Of a DNA stretch of 64,000 nt, positions 1 to 12,493 are shown piece after piece. The translations under genes and the position numbers were made by a program. The notes under the pieces are model-generated. The model made no database searches. It was not told the DNA's origin and saw only the letters and a list, made by a program, of their open reading frames with translations. The first letter of the stretch is position 1, and the number at the start of each line of letters is the position of its first letter. Origin of the DNA: Octopus sinensis (lineage: Eukaryota); NCBI RefSeq assembly GCF_006345805.1, contig NC_043003.1:31868001-31932000 (forward strand). Reading direction: 5' to 3'.

Positions 1-1395
1 ATTATAATTGTTTAGCAAATCATTTAAAGATTTCAATACGCAGAGAATAAAAAAACAATATGTGGTATTATGGTTTCTATTTCAAACATTATATTTGTTC
101 AACAAAACAAAGGACAGATATACTCACATATAGAAACAAACATTCTTATTCTCATACGCGTACACATAGATTCAGGAAAGTTCAAATAGTATATGCTATT
201 AATTGACAAATATGGCTGTATTATTATGTACAGTTTTCCAAGGAAATATACGATTCAGCCGGCATATTTATTTATCTATTTACTTTCAAATAGGTATAAA
301 GCCTTTAGTGGACAATGTTTATTCACCATTGAAATAACATCTATTATTTGTAGGTGTTTGTCTAATGCAGAAATATCTCATTCTTTCGAATTCAGAATTA
401 ATAAACACGTAAATATATTAATACAATGACCACATAAAACATACAACTTATCGTCTGGTAATATTTATAACGTGATGAAATTGTAGAGTTGTTAGTGTGT
501 CGAGCAAAATACTTTGTAAGTTAAGCATGTTATTAATTTTTTTAAGGTAGAATGAAATAAAGTATCAGTCAAGTACTGAGATACATTGAATCCGCTGACA
601 AATGAGAGCCAGTGGATTAAATGGGCTGCGGATCTTGAACAAATCATCTATGTGCTGACTTCCCTTTAAGAGGGATAGAGTGTAAATCCCAACCACTATG
701 CTATTTGCGTATGGATAAGCAAACATTGATGTACCGCGCAATTTGTGAGCAAAATACTCAATTCTTCCTATGATTTGGGTTTGTCGCATTCCAGAGGAAA
801 GGTACTCGTTGTGTAACATACACGGTCAGCAATGTGCTGGAAAGAGTATTCCTGTGATGGCAAAGGTGGTAAATCTTTGATCACGTATCAGCTGTTTCAT
901 GATAACGTGGATCTAACGAGAGCACAAGATGTTAACCATCGTATATTTTTATGTTAATATTCTTGATTTTAGTTCCAGTATTCTACAAAACACCCTTCCA
1001 GTCTGTTGTACTCATTCAGTAGTGAAATTACAAAATAGCTGTTGTTGCTGTTGATTTCATAGATTGTTAGAGCGTGAAATAATTAAAATGCAGTATAATG
1101 TCGACCAATTAAAATATTTGCATTAAAAATATATATACAATTTCAAGATTAAGAAATATTTATAATGCTAATAAACGAATATATTCACAAAATGAAAATA
1201 TGCAAGAGGTGTTCATAGGTAATGTGTAAATATACAAATACGTGTGTTATTGAGTTATTATATACTCTCACATACACATGTATACAAACACGCAGACAAA
1301 CACATGCACACACACGGACGAAAAAAAAACGCGCGCAACACATGGACGCATGCTCACATACACGCGCATATACAGAATACTCACAAACACAAGCG

Positions 1396-1448
<53 letters not shown>

Positions 1449-2255
1449 TAAGTATATTCAATTAGAATGTTATATACTGAATGCAAACCATGTCTTCTTT
1501 CCTGCACATCAACAAAAGTAAAGCCCTTAAGTTTTGCCAGACACGTACTGGGTTTCAAGACCAACTGCACCCCATTTACAATCAAGCGAGAATCGTTGAG
1601 AAATCCATTCCAAATAAACAGTTCTGACAAATGCAATTTATGCACAGATGATGACATCGCACTTTTAAGACCCACTTCTAAATTTCAAATCTGAAATTTT
1701 CAGGAAATTTAAGCATATGGGCAAATTTGTTTTGGCGAACTGGCGGATCAACCCTCTCTAGATTGCGCAGCTCTCGCGCAGACTTTAGGCCCTTGCCATT
1801 GAATTATGCTATAGCATGTTGTTTAATTAAGATTTCAACGGTCAAAGGAAAAGTAATTCCAATTGTCGTTCTGTTTCTTTTTCTGTTTTATTCATCCTTT
1901 TATATTGAGCGCTCTATTGTATCAAAGTGTTAATACTATTAAACCATTTATATATTTAAGACGAGCGATTATATATATATATAAATGTGTATTTTTGATA
2001 ATATATTATTAATATTAGGAAAACAATATCAAAACTCCTCAGAAAGATATACACGAGTGAAAAATAATTGTTGTATTAAAAATATATAAATAAATGGATA
2101 AAAATATGTATAAAAATATATGTAGGTATGTATAAGCATAAATATATAATGTGTATGACAGTTTAAAAGTTTGAATTAATTATTTAAAGCATCTTACGAT
2201 CGTAGGAAACACACATATGTAGATATATATGTATGCATATTTGTATATATATTTG

Positions 2256-2279
<24 letters not shown>

Positions 2280-2289
<10 letters not shown>

Positions 2290-3090
2290 TAAGGATAGAA
2301 ATTGATATTTATCAATTAAGACCAGTGGTCTAGCATATTAAAAAAGAATCCGAAGATTAAAATATTTATATATACCAATTAAGGACTGAACACGAAAAGT
2401 GGACAGTCAACATGCTAGATATAGACGTCAAATCGCCATTCACCACAAAAGATTATGTTCTCAGATCAAACTCAACACAAAACCATAGCAATAAACAAGT
2501 GAAAAATATACGAAATAAAATAATTACCCATGTACTGAATTAGTTTCAGCTGTTATTTTCCGCAAGGAAAACTGCAGCCATCATCAGCATGGTCCGTTAT
2601 AAATGTAATTTGATGGACTAGATGCAAACACGATACCGAAATATCGCGTGCATGGAGTTCAGCCTATTACATTAGAATATATCTTTCAAATACCTTTACT
2701 TTGGCGCGTTGGAACCCGAGAAAACTAGCCTGCAGCTAATAATTAGCAGCAGTTAATTTATCGGTTAGAGAACATATTTATTTATATAAAATTAATTAAG
2801 GGTAGAAATTGATATTTATCAATTAAGACCAGTGGTCTAGCATATTAAAAAAGAATCCGAAGATTAAAATATTTATATATACCAATTAAGGACTGAACAC
2901 GAAAATAACAGCTGAAACTAATTTAGTACATGGGTAATTATTTTATTTCGTATATTTTTCACTTGTTTATTGCTATGGTTTTGTGTTGAGTTTGATCTGA
3001 GAACATAATCTTTTGTGGTGAATGGCGATTTGACGTCTATATCTAGCATGTTGACTGTCCACTTTTCGTGTTCAGTCCTTAATTGGTATA
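2280..3090 (-). mobile_element. Non-coding Penelope-like (pseudo-LTR) insertion with tandem and inverted terminal copies, in (TA)n
   Basis: 2280-2398 is repeated directly at 2788-2905; 2901-3090 is the reverse complement of ~2371-2560; HHR at 2528-2592; (TA)n on both flanks. Confidence 0.75.
2528..2592 (-). ncRNA. Type I hammerhead ribozyme
   Basis: Minus strand reads ccatg-CTGATGA-t-ggctg..ttttcc-ttgc-ggaaaa..cagct-GAAAC-taattca-GTA-catgg; stems I, II and III all pair; GUA cleavage triplet. Confidence 0.85.
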
Positions 3091-3575
3091 TATATATATA
3101 TATATATATATGCATGTTTGTAAAATCCATAGAGGTCACAAAAGTGACAGAGGGTATTGCCTAGCACTGCTTTTGCTTAAGGCAATAGTTAAGCTAACTC
3201 AAAGCCACAAACACATTGTCTTAAGTGACTGACAAAGGTTCTGCCTTTAGGTTCTAAATGCCAATAAGCCGTCCTTGTTAATTTGTTATATATACATCAT
3301 ATATATATATGCATGTATATATATATATATATAATTGAAGAATAGAAAGGTAAACATACCCTTGTTAAAAATCAAAGCGACCGGTTCAAATAACCACCAT
3401 ACATTTTACGGTAAATATACACATGAGTAATGAATGTATATATATATATGTATGAGTGTGTATCTATGTATATATCTCTATCTATAAATATATGTATTTC
3501 TCCCTTCCCCTCTCTCTCTTTCTGTATCTCACTCTATCTAACGTATGTATGTTTATATAAAGATAGTGACCTATG

Positions 3576-3616
<41 letters not shown>

Positions 3617-4256
3617 TATATAATATATATATATACATACACTTGCACATATATTAAGTTTCTGTGCATATATACGTTTACATTTATATGTGCCCATTAT
3701 GTAGGTGTTTTGAATGATGGTTTGCGTGTAAACAACCTGTCAGAAGTGTTTAACCGATACGAAATTTTGTTGATGATATACGACAACGTAGGGAGAGACA
3801 AAATGGAAAGAGAGAAACAGCGGGAGAGAACCAACAAAAATAGATTGGACTTGGAAAGAAATAAGGTGAGATATAAATTTAGAAAAACAATACTTTAATT
3901 CTATTAGAAAAAAGAATTTATAGTTGAATACTATAGACACAGGAAAAATAATGGGAAAATAAAAACATGACATAAAATAAAGTAGAATTTGATTTATTAA
4001 TATAACTTACGTTTATAATTGTGTGTATGTTTGTGTGCCGAGATGTGTATGTATTCATGTGCGTATGTGTATAAATCTACATAATGTGTATGCACACACA
4101 ATCACTTACACACACATACACACTCACACACATACACATATATGTAGCTGTGTGCATACAAATGTGTGTGCATATAAATATATATGTATATATATATATA
4201 TATTATATATATATATATATATATATGTAGGTATATATATATATATATATATATAA

Positions 4257-4640
4257 ACTTTGGCATCGAGAGTTACACAAATGCCAGAACTGGGCGCCAC
4301 TGTATAGTGCCAAGGACTCCAAATTTGCCATCAAGATGTAGGACAAGATACTGTGATAGCCTGGGCTTCCGAGGCCCACAGCTCTTCAATATCCTCCCAA
4401 AGAACCCAAGGGACCTGCATGGGGTGGATGCAGATGTCGTTCAAATGAAACTGGATCTCTTCTTGACAGGTATCCCAGATGAACCAACTTCACGGCAGGA
4501 GGTGCAGATGAGGGCAGCTGCATCGAACTCTCTCATGCACCAAATGGCAATTGCTAAAAAGCATTCGTGAAGTAAAATCATGTAGCAACACCAAATGGCT
4601 GTGCCCCAGCACAGCTACAGCTAGTGAGCTGAAACTAGAT
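4257..4640 (+). mobile_element. 3' fragment of CR1/L2-group LINE (ORF2 C-terminus plus tail)
   Basis: ORF 4184-4570 contains SLGFRGPQLFNILP..KLDLFL..IPDEP..RAAASNSL; tail ggctgtgccccagcacagc..gagctgaaactag; homologous copy at 61.3-61.6 kb. Confidence 0.75.
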
Positions 4641-4683
4641 AAATAAATATAATAAATACATACATACATATATATATATATAT

Positions 4684-4718
<35 letters not shown>

Positions 4719-4813
4719 ATGTGTGGTGTGTGTGTGTGTTGTGTATGTGTGTGTGTGTGTGTTTGTGTGCATAACTACATCTACACCTCAGTATTGATTG
4801 ATTGATTGATTGA

Positions 4814-4865
4814 TTCTAGTTTCAGCTCACGAGCTGTGGTCATGCTGGGGCACCGCCATTTGGTG
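4814..4865 (-). mobile_element. Isolated 3' tail of the same CR1/L2-group LINE
   Basis: Reverse complement ggcggtgccccagcatgaccacagctcgtgagctgaaactag followed by (aatc)n. Confidence 0.65.
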
Positions 4866-4890
4866 TTGCTACATGATTTTACTTCACATG

Positions 4891-4957
<67 letters not shown>

Positions 4958-5244
4958 ACATACATACAAATGTGTGTGTTGTGTGTATATGTGTTAATAT
5001 ATGTGTGTGTCGATGTGAATGCGTGTGAGTGTGTGTCAATATGTGTGCGTTTGTGCAGGGTACTGATTACCAAGGTGACTCAAAATACTTAGTGAAATAC
5101 ACGTATGCATACACTTGCACATATACTCGCACACATACACACACGCAGAGTGTGTATATATAACTCAGCAGAGTTATATATAGCTGCTTGGCAAAAGGTA
5201 GAGTCTTAAGGGATGAGTAAGGATAGATACGGCTCATAATGCAC

Positions 5245-5860
5245 AAGATCACTCAGAGGGCGCAAACCTCTGTCAAGGCAACATCAACGTTCTCTCAACG
5301 ACTACCTAGAAATGAATTTTAAAATGAGAATAGCTGATATAAACTCGACTGCTCTCGCAAACGAGAATTTTAAAAATGAACCCGAATGCTCTCAGAAATT
5401 AAGTTAAATAAACCGGAAAAATAATGCAGAATCCTTGCCCATACCTGATCGATCCCAATTGTATTGGATGTGAAAATGGCTGTAGAAAATTTAGTAACAG
5501 TAAGAAATAGTTTATCCTTATCTAATAAAAGCCAAAGTTAAATTCACCGTTCAAAACAATTATAGCCTAAAGGGAGATAATTGAGAAAGCCTTGAAAGTT
5601 AACGTAAGATTGTAATCGTGTAAAGTAAAGTAAGTATAACTAATAATCCAGAATCCTTGTCCGGTATCAGATCGATCCCAAAATTTAATCCCTTCGTGCC
5701 AGTCACGAGGCCAGACATCTCTGAAAGTTTCATCCGAATCCATCCAGTGATTCTTGAGATATGTTGTCCATATTGAAACAAACAAACAAACAAACAAATA
5801 AAGAAACAACCCAATATCACTGAAACAATACCTCCACCTTCGCTATTGTGCAGGTAATAA
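5245..5860 (-). mobile_element. Non-autonomous Helentron-type (HINE/DINE-1-like) element
   Basis: Minus strand begins ttattacctgcac..ggaggtattgtttcag, then (TTTG)n and ggattcggatgaaacttt; ends ccttgacagaggtttgcgccctctgagtg (sub-terminal IR plus hairpin). Confidence 0.55.
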
Positions 5861-6084
5861 ACACCAATTGGAATTCTCGTCTAAAACGATTTCAGTTCCA
5901 TCGAACAAGTAATTTATGTTGGAGGAAAAGGAAGATTTATAAGGAGACTGAGGTAGCGTGTTCAAATGAAAACCATGGCTTCGATTAACAGCTGATGTGT
6001 GGAAACTTTGTGTACTGGAAATCTGAAATGTATATACATATACACACACCCATTCGGACGTATATACTATAAACACACATGTGA

Positions 6085-6200
6085 TGTAGGCGTAGCTGTA
6101 TGCGAAGAAGCTAGTTTCTCAACGATATGGTTCTGGATTCAATCCCACTGCGTACCACATTTGAAAACTCTTTTTTACCATAGTCTCGGGTCAACCAGGT
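6085..6200 (+). mobile_element. Degenerate tRNA-derived SINE head (family of 16825)
   Basis: aggcgtagctgtatgcgaagaagctagtttctcaac..tggattcaatcccactgcgt. Confidence 0.45.
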
Positions 6201-6692
6201 GTGTGTGTGTGTGTGTGTGTGTGAGTGTGTGTGTGCGTGTGTGCGTGCTTCTGTCTTACAATTTGTCCGTGAAAGGATTGCATTTAATAAGTTGGGAGGT
6301 ACATGTTGTTTATATGAACTGAATTGCTTTTCTTGCCACTTGACTTCCCGTATCATTGTAACTACCATGTGTGTATTATGTTCTCATATCTCTGCTTGCG
6401 TGTGTCTTTGTGAGTATATGTGTGTGTATTCATGTTTGTGTGTGTGGCAAATTTCTTTTTAAATGCCTTCGCTCAAATATGAAATCTATAATACATGTAT
6501 GTATGAATGTATGTATGTATGTATGTATGTATGTATGTATGTATGTATGTATGTATGTATGGATGTATGTATGTATGTACCAATTTGTTTATTTCTCTGT
6601 CTCCTTTCCAAATCATACATATGTATGTGTGTGTATACACATTTATACATGTATATATATATATACATATCTGTATATGTATGTTTCTATAT

Positions 6693-6738
<46 letters not shown>

Positions 6739-7019
6739 CTTAAAATTTTCTATGTACCTAACAAACTACTTGCCTGTATATATATAGCGATATGTTCAAA
6801 TATTTAAGACACATACATATAGCTTATCTTAACACTCAAAGATTGATTAGAAGAACAAATATGGAAAGCAGTTTCTCTGAGTTGTACTTGTTTAAGATTG
6901 TAATTATACACTTCAGTCCTATGTTAACCAGATGTAACATCAGTAAATATTTATGTATAAGCTATCAAAATTACTGAATGCAATCTTCAGTTATGCTAAC
7001 AAAAATATTATTATTATTA

Positions 7020-7166
<147 letters not shown>

Positions 7167-7180
7167 CATTATTATTATTT

Positions 7181-7725
7181 TTGAGTGAGAGAGCAGTGCA
7201 TGCCATCAAAGCGATACTGGGGTAAAATATACGAAGCCCAGTATACCCATCACGACTACCTGTCTGATAAGGGTACACTAGACACATGCATCACAACCAT
7301 ATGTGCGTGACACGGTGATCTCATATCAAGATAAGCAGTACATGACCTTCCTGGTGAGGCCCCGTTAGAATTTTCTTCTAGTCGAGTACCCCATTCCGCT
7401 CAAAAGGTCCCTGAATAAGGGTTGAACGAAACATCCATGTTTCCAGAGGTGAATTGTTCAAACCCCAAAGAATCCCTCTCAAAACTTGGCTATGATGCTC
7501 CCCCACTACTTCTGCTCGTGATCATAGATGCACATATCGTCAGCCACTAAGGGACATGCTCAACTGGTTATGGTCAAACAACTGACAAGCAAATCTGTGG
7601 TATTGAGCAAAATATTTGCTGTAGCCCATCTTTTATACCAAGACAAAACAATGTAGATGATAACACTTCCAATCAGTTAAGATCAGAATCCATGAGAGCC
7701 ACCGTCTGGTACTGCATCAGAGCAT
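7181..7725. mobile_element. ~550-bp non-coding interspersed element inserted in (TTA)n
   Basis: Near-identical copy with the same ends at 42976-43533 and a partial copy at ~43815-44132; TTA tracts on both sides. Confidence 0.8.
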
Positions 7726-7746
7726 GTATTGTTATTATCATTATCA

Positions 7747-7815
<69 letters not shown>

Positions 7816-7818
<3 letters not shown>

Positions 7819-7935
7819 GGAATCTTGGGGTTAGTAACCCGTACTCTTAACCACTACGCCTTATGCCCGTGTGTTAACAACAAACAAAATGAGGACAAAT
7901 ATCCGTCGAATGTAAATAATGTAAATAATGTAAAT
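7816..7935. mobile_element. Short inverted copy of the tRNA-head/HHR element (minus-strand head fused to plus-strand 3' tail)
   Basis: ggaatcttggggttagtaacccgtactcttaaccactacgcc (reverse head) joined to gtgttaacaacaaacaaaatgaggacaaatatccgtc, matching 12489-12540. Confidence 0.75.
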
Positions 7936-8150
7936 GCGGCCATATTTAGCTTGGAACCACAAGATTAAATGGTATTGCGTAGGCCCTATAAGGAGTGCCT
8001 AATGCTTAGATTATTTAGTGAAAGTTTCCATTTTAAAATCAAACTCGCTCTATTTCGAGCATTTTACCCGGACAGGTTTGTGATACTTTAACGCATAAAC
8101 TAAATATGTCTAAATAAATTGTAGAATTAACTGATGTTTACATATCCATG

Positions 8151-8442
8151 GTGGAGACACATGGCCTAGTGGTTAGAACAGCAGACTCCCGGACGCGGGA
8201 TCGCGGGTTCGAATCTCAAACGGGGCAATGTGTGTGTTTATGAGCGAAACACCTAAGCTCCATGCGGCTCCGACAGGAGGTAATGACGAATTTCTGCTGA
8301 CTCTTTCGCCACAACTTTCTCTCACTCTTTCCTTCTGCATCTTGCAGCTCACCTGTGACGGACCGGCGTCCTGTCCAGGTGGGGAACTTATACGCCAAGG
8401 AAACCCTTATGAGCCAGGCGTGGCTCGAGAAGGAATAAAACA
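8151..8442 (+). mobile_element. tRNA-derived SINE
   Basis: A box tggcctagtgg, B box ggttcgaatct; ~11-bp TSD acatatccatg/acatattcatg. Confidence 0.85.
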
Positions 8443-8510
8443 ACATATTCATGAATGTATTCATAAGTTCAAGCATAGTCTGCTGTAGTTGTTGTTATAT
8501 TTGTAATTTA

Positions 8511-8878
8511 GTGGAGGTGCAATGCCCCAGTGGTTAGGGCAGCGGACTCGCGGTCATAGGATCGCGGTTTCGATTCCCAGACCGGGCGTTCTGAGTGTTT
8601 ATTGAGCGAAAACACCTAAAAGCTCCACGAGGCTCCGGCAGGGGATGGTGGTGATCCCTACTGTACTCTTTCACCACAACTTTCTCTCACTCTTACTTCC
8701 TGTTTCTGTTGTACCTTGTCACTCTCTGTGTCACGCTGAATATCCCCGAGAACTACGTTAAGGGTGCACGTATCTGTGGAGTGCTCAGCCACTTACACGT
8801 TAATTTCACGAGCAGGCTGTTCCGTTGATTCGGATCAACCGGAACCCTCATCGCCGTAACCGACGGAGTGCTTCCGCC
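8511..8878 (+). mobile_element. tRNA-derived SINE
   Basis: A/B boxes; 12-bp TSD atttgtaattta at 8499-8510 and 8879-8890; second copy at 33641. Confidence 0.9.
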
Positions 8879-9556
8879 ATTTGTAATTTAACACTAGGTT
8901 AATGCTGACACTGTTTTCAACGGTGAATATTTTGTTGCTTCTTTCAAACACTTGATATCGACAGCTCCATGTAAAATGTTATTCTTATTTATAAAAATGA
9001 ATGGCTGTGATGCGAGTGAGATATAACTGGTGTTTCTAGTGCAAAAGTATGTGATACAAAAGTATTTGTAGGTTTTGTGTCCATTCTTAAAAAGTTAGAA
9101 TTTTTGTAAGTGACAGCTGTCTGTATTCGTTGTGTACAAATTCCTTAAGGCTGTTACTAAGATATTCCGTTATGAAGCATTTACGGAACTGGTGTCATGG
9201 CCCGATGACTTGATATCAGTTAGCATTTGTCTATGTGTTTCTCGTATAGCGTAGTGATGACACATGTCATAACTAGTCAGAAGGAGAATTTTGCATCAAG
9301 GGATTTAAAGCCCATCGACACTACACTACTTTACTATAAAATGTAATACATCATGTAATGATTCTACATGATGCATTAATCAGCGCTAATAAGAAGCGAT
9401 GTCAAATTGACGATGCCTCAGCATACTGTTGTTTACAACGCAATTTTAGAATTGGTGCCCAACTCGAGTAGCTGCACATCAATTATGACCTCTTAACCTG
9501 CCAAAATCTGTAAAATTAATTTACTGTTATAGACGAAAGACGTAAAGTATTATAAA

Positions 9557-9815
9557 GTGGAGGCGCGTGGCTTAATGGTTAGGGTGTCAGTATCATGATC
9601 GTAAGTTTGTGGTTTCGATTCCGGGACAGGGCTACGTGTTGTGTTCATGAGCAAAACACTTCATTTCACGTTGCTCCAGTCCACTCAGCTGGCAAAAATG
9701 AGTAGCGCTACGATGGACTGGCGTCCTGTCCAGCTGGGGAACACATACGCCATTCAAACCGGGAAACCAGGACCATGAGCCTGGCTAGGCTCTAAAAGGG
9801 CGCATTAATTTATTT
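9557..9815 (+). mobile_element. tRNA-derived SINE with CORE-like body
   Basis: tggcttaatgg A box, gtttcgattcc B box, ttgtgttcatgagcaaaacacttcatttcac body; TSD aagtattataaa/aagtgttataaa. Confidence 0.85.
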
Positions 9816-9849
9816 AAGTGTTATAAAAGAAAAAAAAAAGACAAGCGCA

Positions 9850-10230
9850 TCATGTGGAGTTGTGATACCTGGACATTGAAGCAAGAATTGATATCCACAC
9901 TGCACTGCTTTTCCTTTGAGGTTTGTTTCATGATAGTGGACCTTAATATGTACAACAATAACACATCTTGTGAGTCAACATATGTCCACTCAGCCAGCAA
10001 GGAGTACTAAGATTACTTCGTTAAAAGGTACACTATCACCTTTATTGTATAATGCTTCAACAAAGATGACATGAACTCATTTCCTTATCGCTCAGATGAT
10101 GGCGAACTAGAATAGTGCTATATATAAATACGAATGCAACGTTCGAACACATTGACTGGGGACAAACGCATCCAAGAGAACTGAACGGAAGTTTAGATTA
10201 GGGAGAGACAAGAAAGAAACGGAGCCTGCA
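9850..10230 (+). mobile_element. Highly decayed RTE-like LINE 3' remnant
   Basis: WSCDTWTLKQELISTLHCF resembles the RTE YGCETWTL motif. Confidence 0.3.
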
Positions 10231-10243
10231 GACAAGTGTGAAA

Positions 10244-10304
<61 letters not shown>

Positions 10305-11198
10305 CCTACCTATCTATATTTCAAGCTAGCTATCGTTTTCTTTATATTTCCATTTATATTTATGTCTTCTTTATATTCATCAAATATTTATCATTGTAAT
10401 AGCATGAACAAATAAAATAAAATACAACCGAACTTAGACAAAAAAATCTTTATCACTGTCCTTTTCTTGTGAACGTTATTTATTTGCCTTCCAGCATTCT
10501 CAAGCAACACACCTAATATATTTTTCCCGATGGGATACTGGAAATCATTAAAATAAGCGATTAAAAAATAAATCAACAAATCGTTTTCGCTCGCTGAAAA
10601 TAATATATAATGCCAATACAGGAGAATTTCCTTCTATGGAATTTTTTAGAAACATTATTTCAATATATAATATTCTGAAAATTTGGTGTTCAAGATGATG
10701 AGTGTGAATAAGCGAAAAATTATACAGAGATCTCCGGTTATATAAATGGTATTTAAACCGGAATACAACAAGTTTAGGGATACCCAACCAAAGGATACTT
10801 GCGCAATATTTACATACGACGTTTATAGTATCTGCCGCTGAACATGTTATTCATGTTGTTGTCGCCGTTGATGTTCTTGTTGAGTCTATTGTTTAACCCA
10901 GGGTCACGGAATTAATTGAGAAACGTGATCAAATGCTGAAGCTATAACAATGCAGTGAAATCAAAACCGGTACTCTTTGTTTGCGCTGCACATAAACATG
11001 CATGTATTCATACATACATGCGTGTATGCATATATATGTATGTACATATACATTCTTCGGTGTTCGAATTGTATTTATCGATCCCGAAAACATGAAATGC
11101 AAATTTGAATTCAGCAGTAACACCGTGCTACCATTTCAGTCAGCTCGCAGTGTTACGTGCTCTCATACATAATACATGCTTGCACGAAAGAGCCATTT

Positions 11199-11380
11199 AT
11201 GTATCACACCTAGTGCATATACACCGTTTACGTGGAGGTTACTGCGGTTTTTTCCCGAGATAAAATCTCTTTTGGACGTGCTGCATTTTCAAATACAGCA
11301 CGTCCATAAAAGTTTTGATCTCGGACGAAAACCACCATAATGTGTCTGTAAATGGTGACTGTACATTCACTGTGATATGT
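11199..11380. repeat. ~180-bp imperfect fold-back palindrome (probable MITE)
   Basis: Nested pairs atcaca/tgtgat, caccgtttac/gtaaatggtg, ggtttt/aaaacc, ccgagat/atctcgg, tggacgtgctg/cagcacgtcca. Confidence 0.75.
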
Positions 11381-12025
11381 AGAAGGCTATTTTAATAAAA
11401 TAGTGCAACCACGTACTCAGTTAGAATGTTGGTAGGAAGCTGTCCTTGCAATGTCTTGAAGCTGCCCCGTAATTACAGGGTGCTGCGTTGTGATTCATCT
11501 GGCAACATAGAGCATTGTATTTAATGTAACATATGGTAGGGTTAGTCATGGATTCGTTGCAGATTAGTCCTCACAAGTTCGTTATTCGGTGGACGATCAG
11601 CAGAAAATTGACCCATTAACGGTAACAGCCTTCCCGTGAGGGTAACCTGGTTTGGTGGTGATGGATTAAAATTTGATAGTGCTAGGTTAAACAATCGAAG
11701 CCGTTGATGAGCTTGTCAGTGTTGATGAGCTTGTAATCTATATGTGAATCGTGGGTTAAATTCCTTGACCTTTTGTATTGAGCAGCCAGGGCTATGTTGA
11801 TATACTTGGATTACAGGCTGTTAGTAAATTGAAGTTTATTAACAGGGTAATAAGTCTAGTTGTTAATAGATACGGCACTTCGGTAGAGGATGCGTAGTCT
11901 CTCGTGGAGACAGAGTTGGCAGTTGCGATTTCTAGGCGGGTAAAGTGGCCACTTCAATGACATTCTAATAGATTATTTACATTCTTTATAATAGACGAAT
12001 ATTTGTCCTCATCTTCTTTGTTGTT

Positions 12026-12071
12026 AACATAACGTTTCGGCTGATATACCCTCCAGCCTTCACCAGGTGTC
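12026..12071 (-). ncRNA. Minimal type I hammerhead (mutated copy)
   Basis: gacac-CTGgTGA-a-ggctg-gagggtatat-cagcc-GAAAC-GTT-atgtt; A6G core change. Confidence 0.7.
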
Positions 12072-12120
12072 TTGGGGAAATTTCGAATCTGGGTTCGCAT
12101 TCCTAAGGTATTTTTCGATG

Positions 12121-12172
<52 letters not shown>

Positions 12173-12247
12173 GGTCCTTGCCTGGAATCGAACTCGGAAA
12201 CTTGGGGTTAGTAGACAACGCTCTTAACCACTACGCCATATGTCTGT

Positions 12248-12322
12248 GGGCTTATGGCGTAGTGGTTAAGAGCAAGGACTACTAATTACAAGATTCTGAG
12301 TTCGATTCCAGGCGGTGACCTG
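12248..12322 (+). promoter_or_regulatory. tRNA-derived internal Pol III promoter (A and B boxes)
   Basis: TGGCGTAGTGG at 12255-12265 and GTTCGATTCC at 12300-12309; mirror copy at ~12172-12245 on minus. Confidence 0.75.
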
Positions 12323-12331
12323 AATAATAGC

Positions 12332-12399
<68 letters not shown>

Positions 12400-12451
12400 C
12401 AACACCGAAAAAAACCTTAACAATGTGAACCTAGGTTCGGAATTTCTCCAC

Positions 12452-12493
12452 GACACCTGATGAATGCTGGAAGGTTTACAGTCGAAACGTGTT
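12452..12493 (+). ncRNA. Minimal type I hammerhead (mutated copy)
   Basis: gacac-CTGATGA-a-tgctg..cagtc-GAAAC-gtgtt; intact CUGAUGA but 3-nt deletion at the cleavage site relative to the sister copy. Confidence 0.7.

Noticed and set aside
12172-12322. Pair of apparent tRNA genes (loop CT-ACT-AA)
   Set aside because: Acceptor and anticodon stems are degraded, and both are embedded in a repeated element; treated as SINE-type heads
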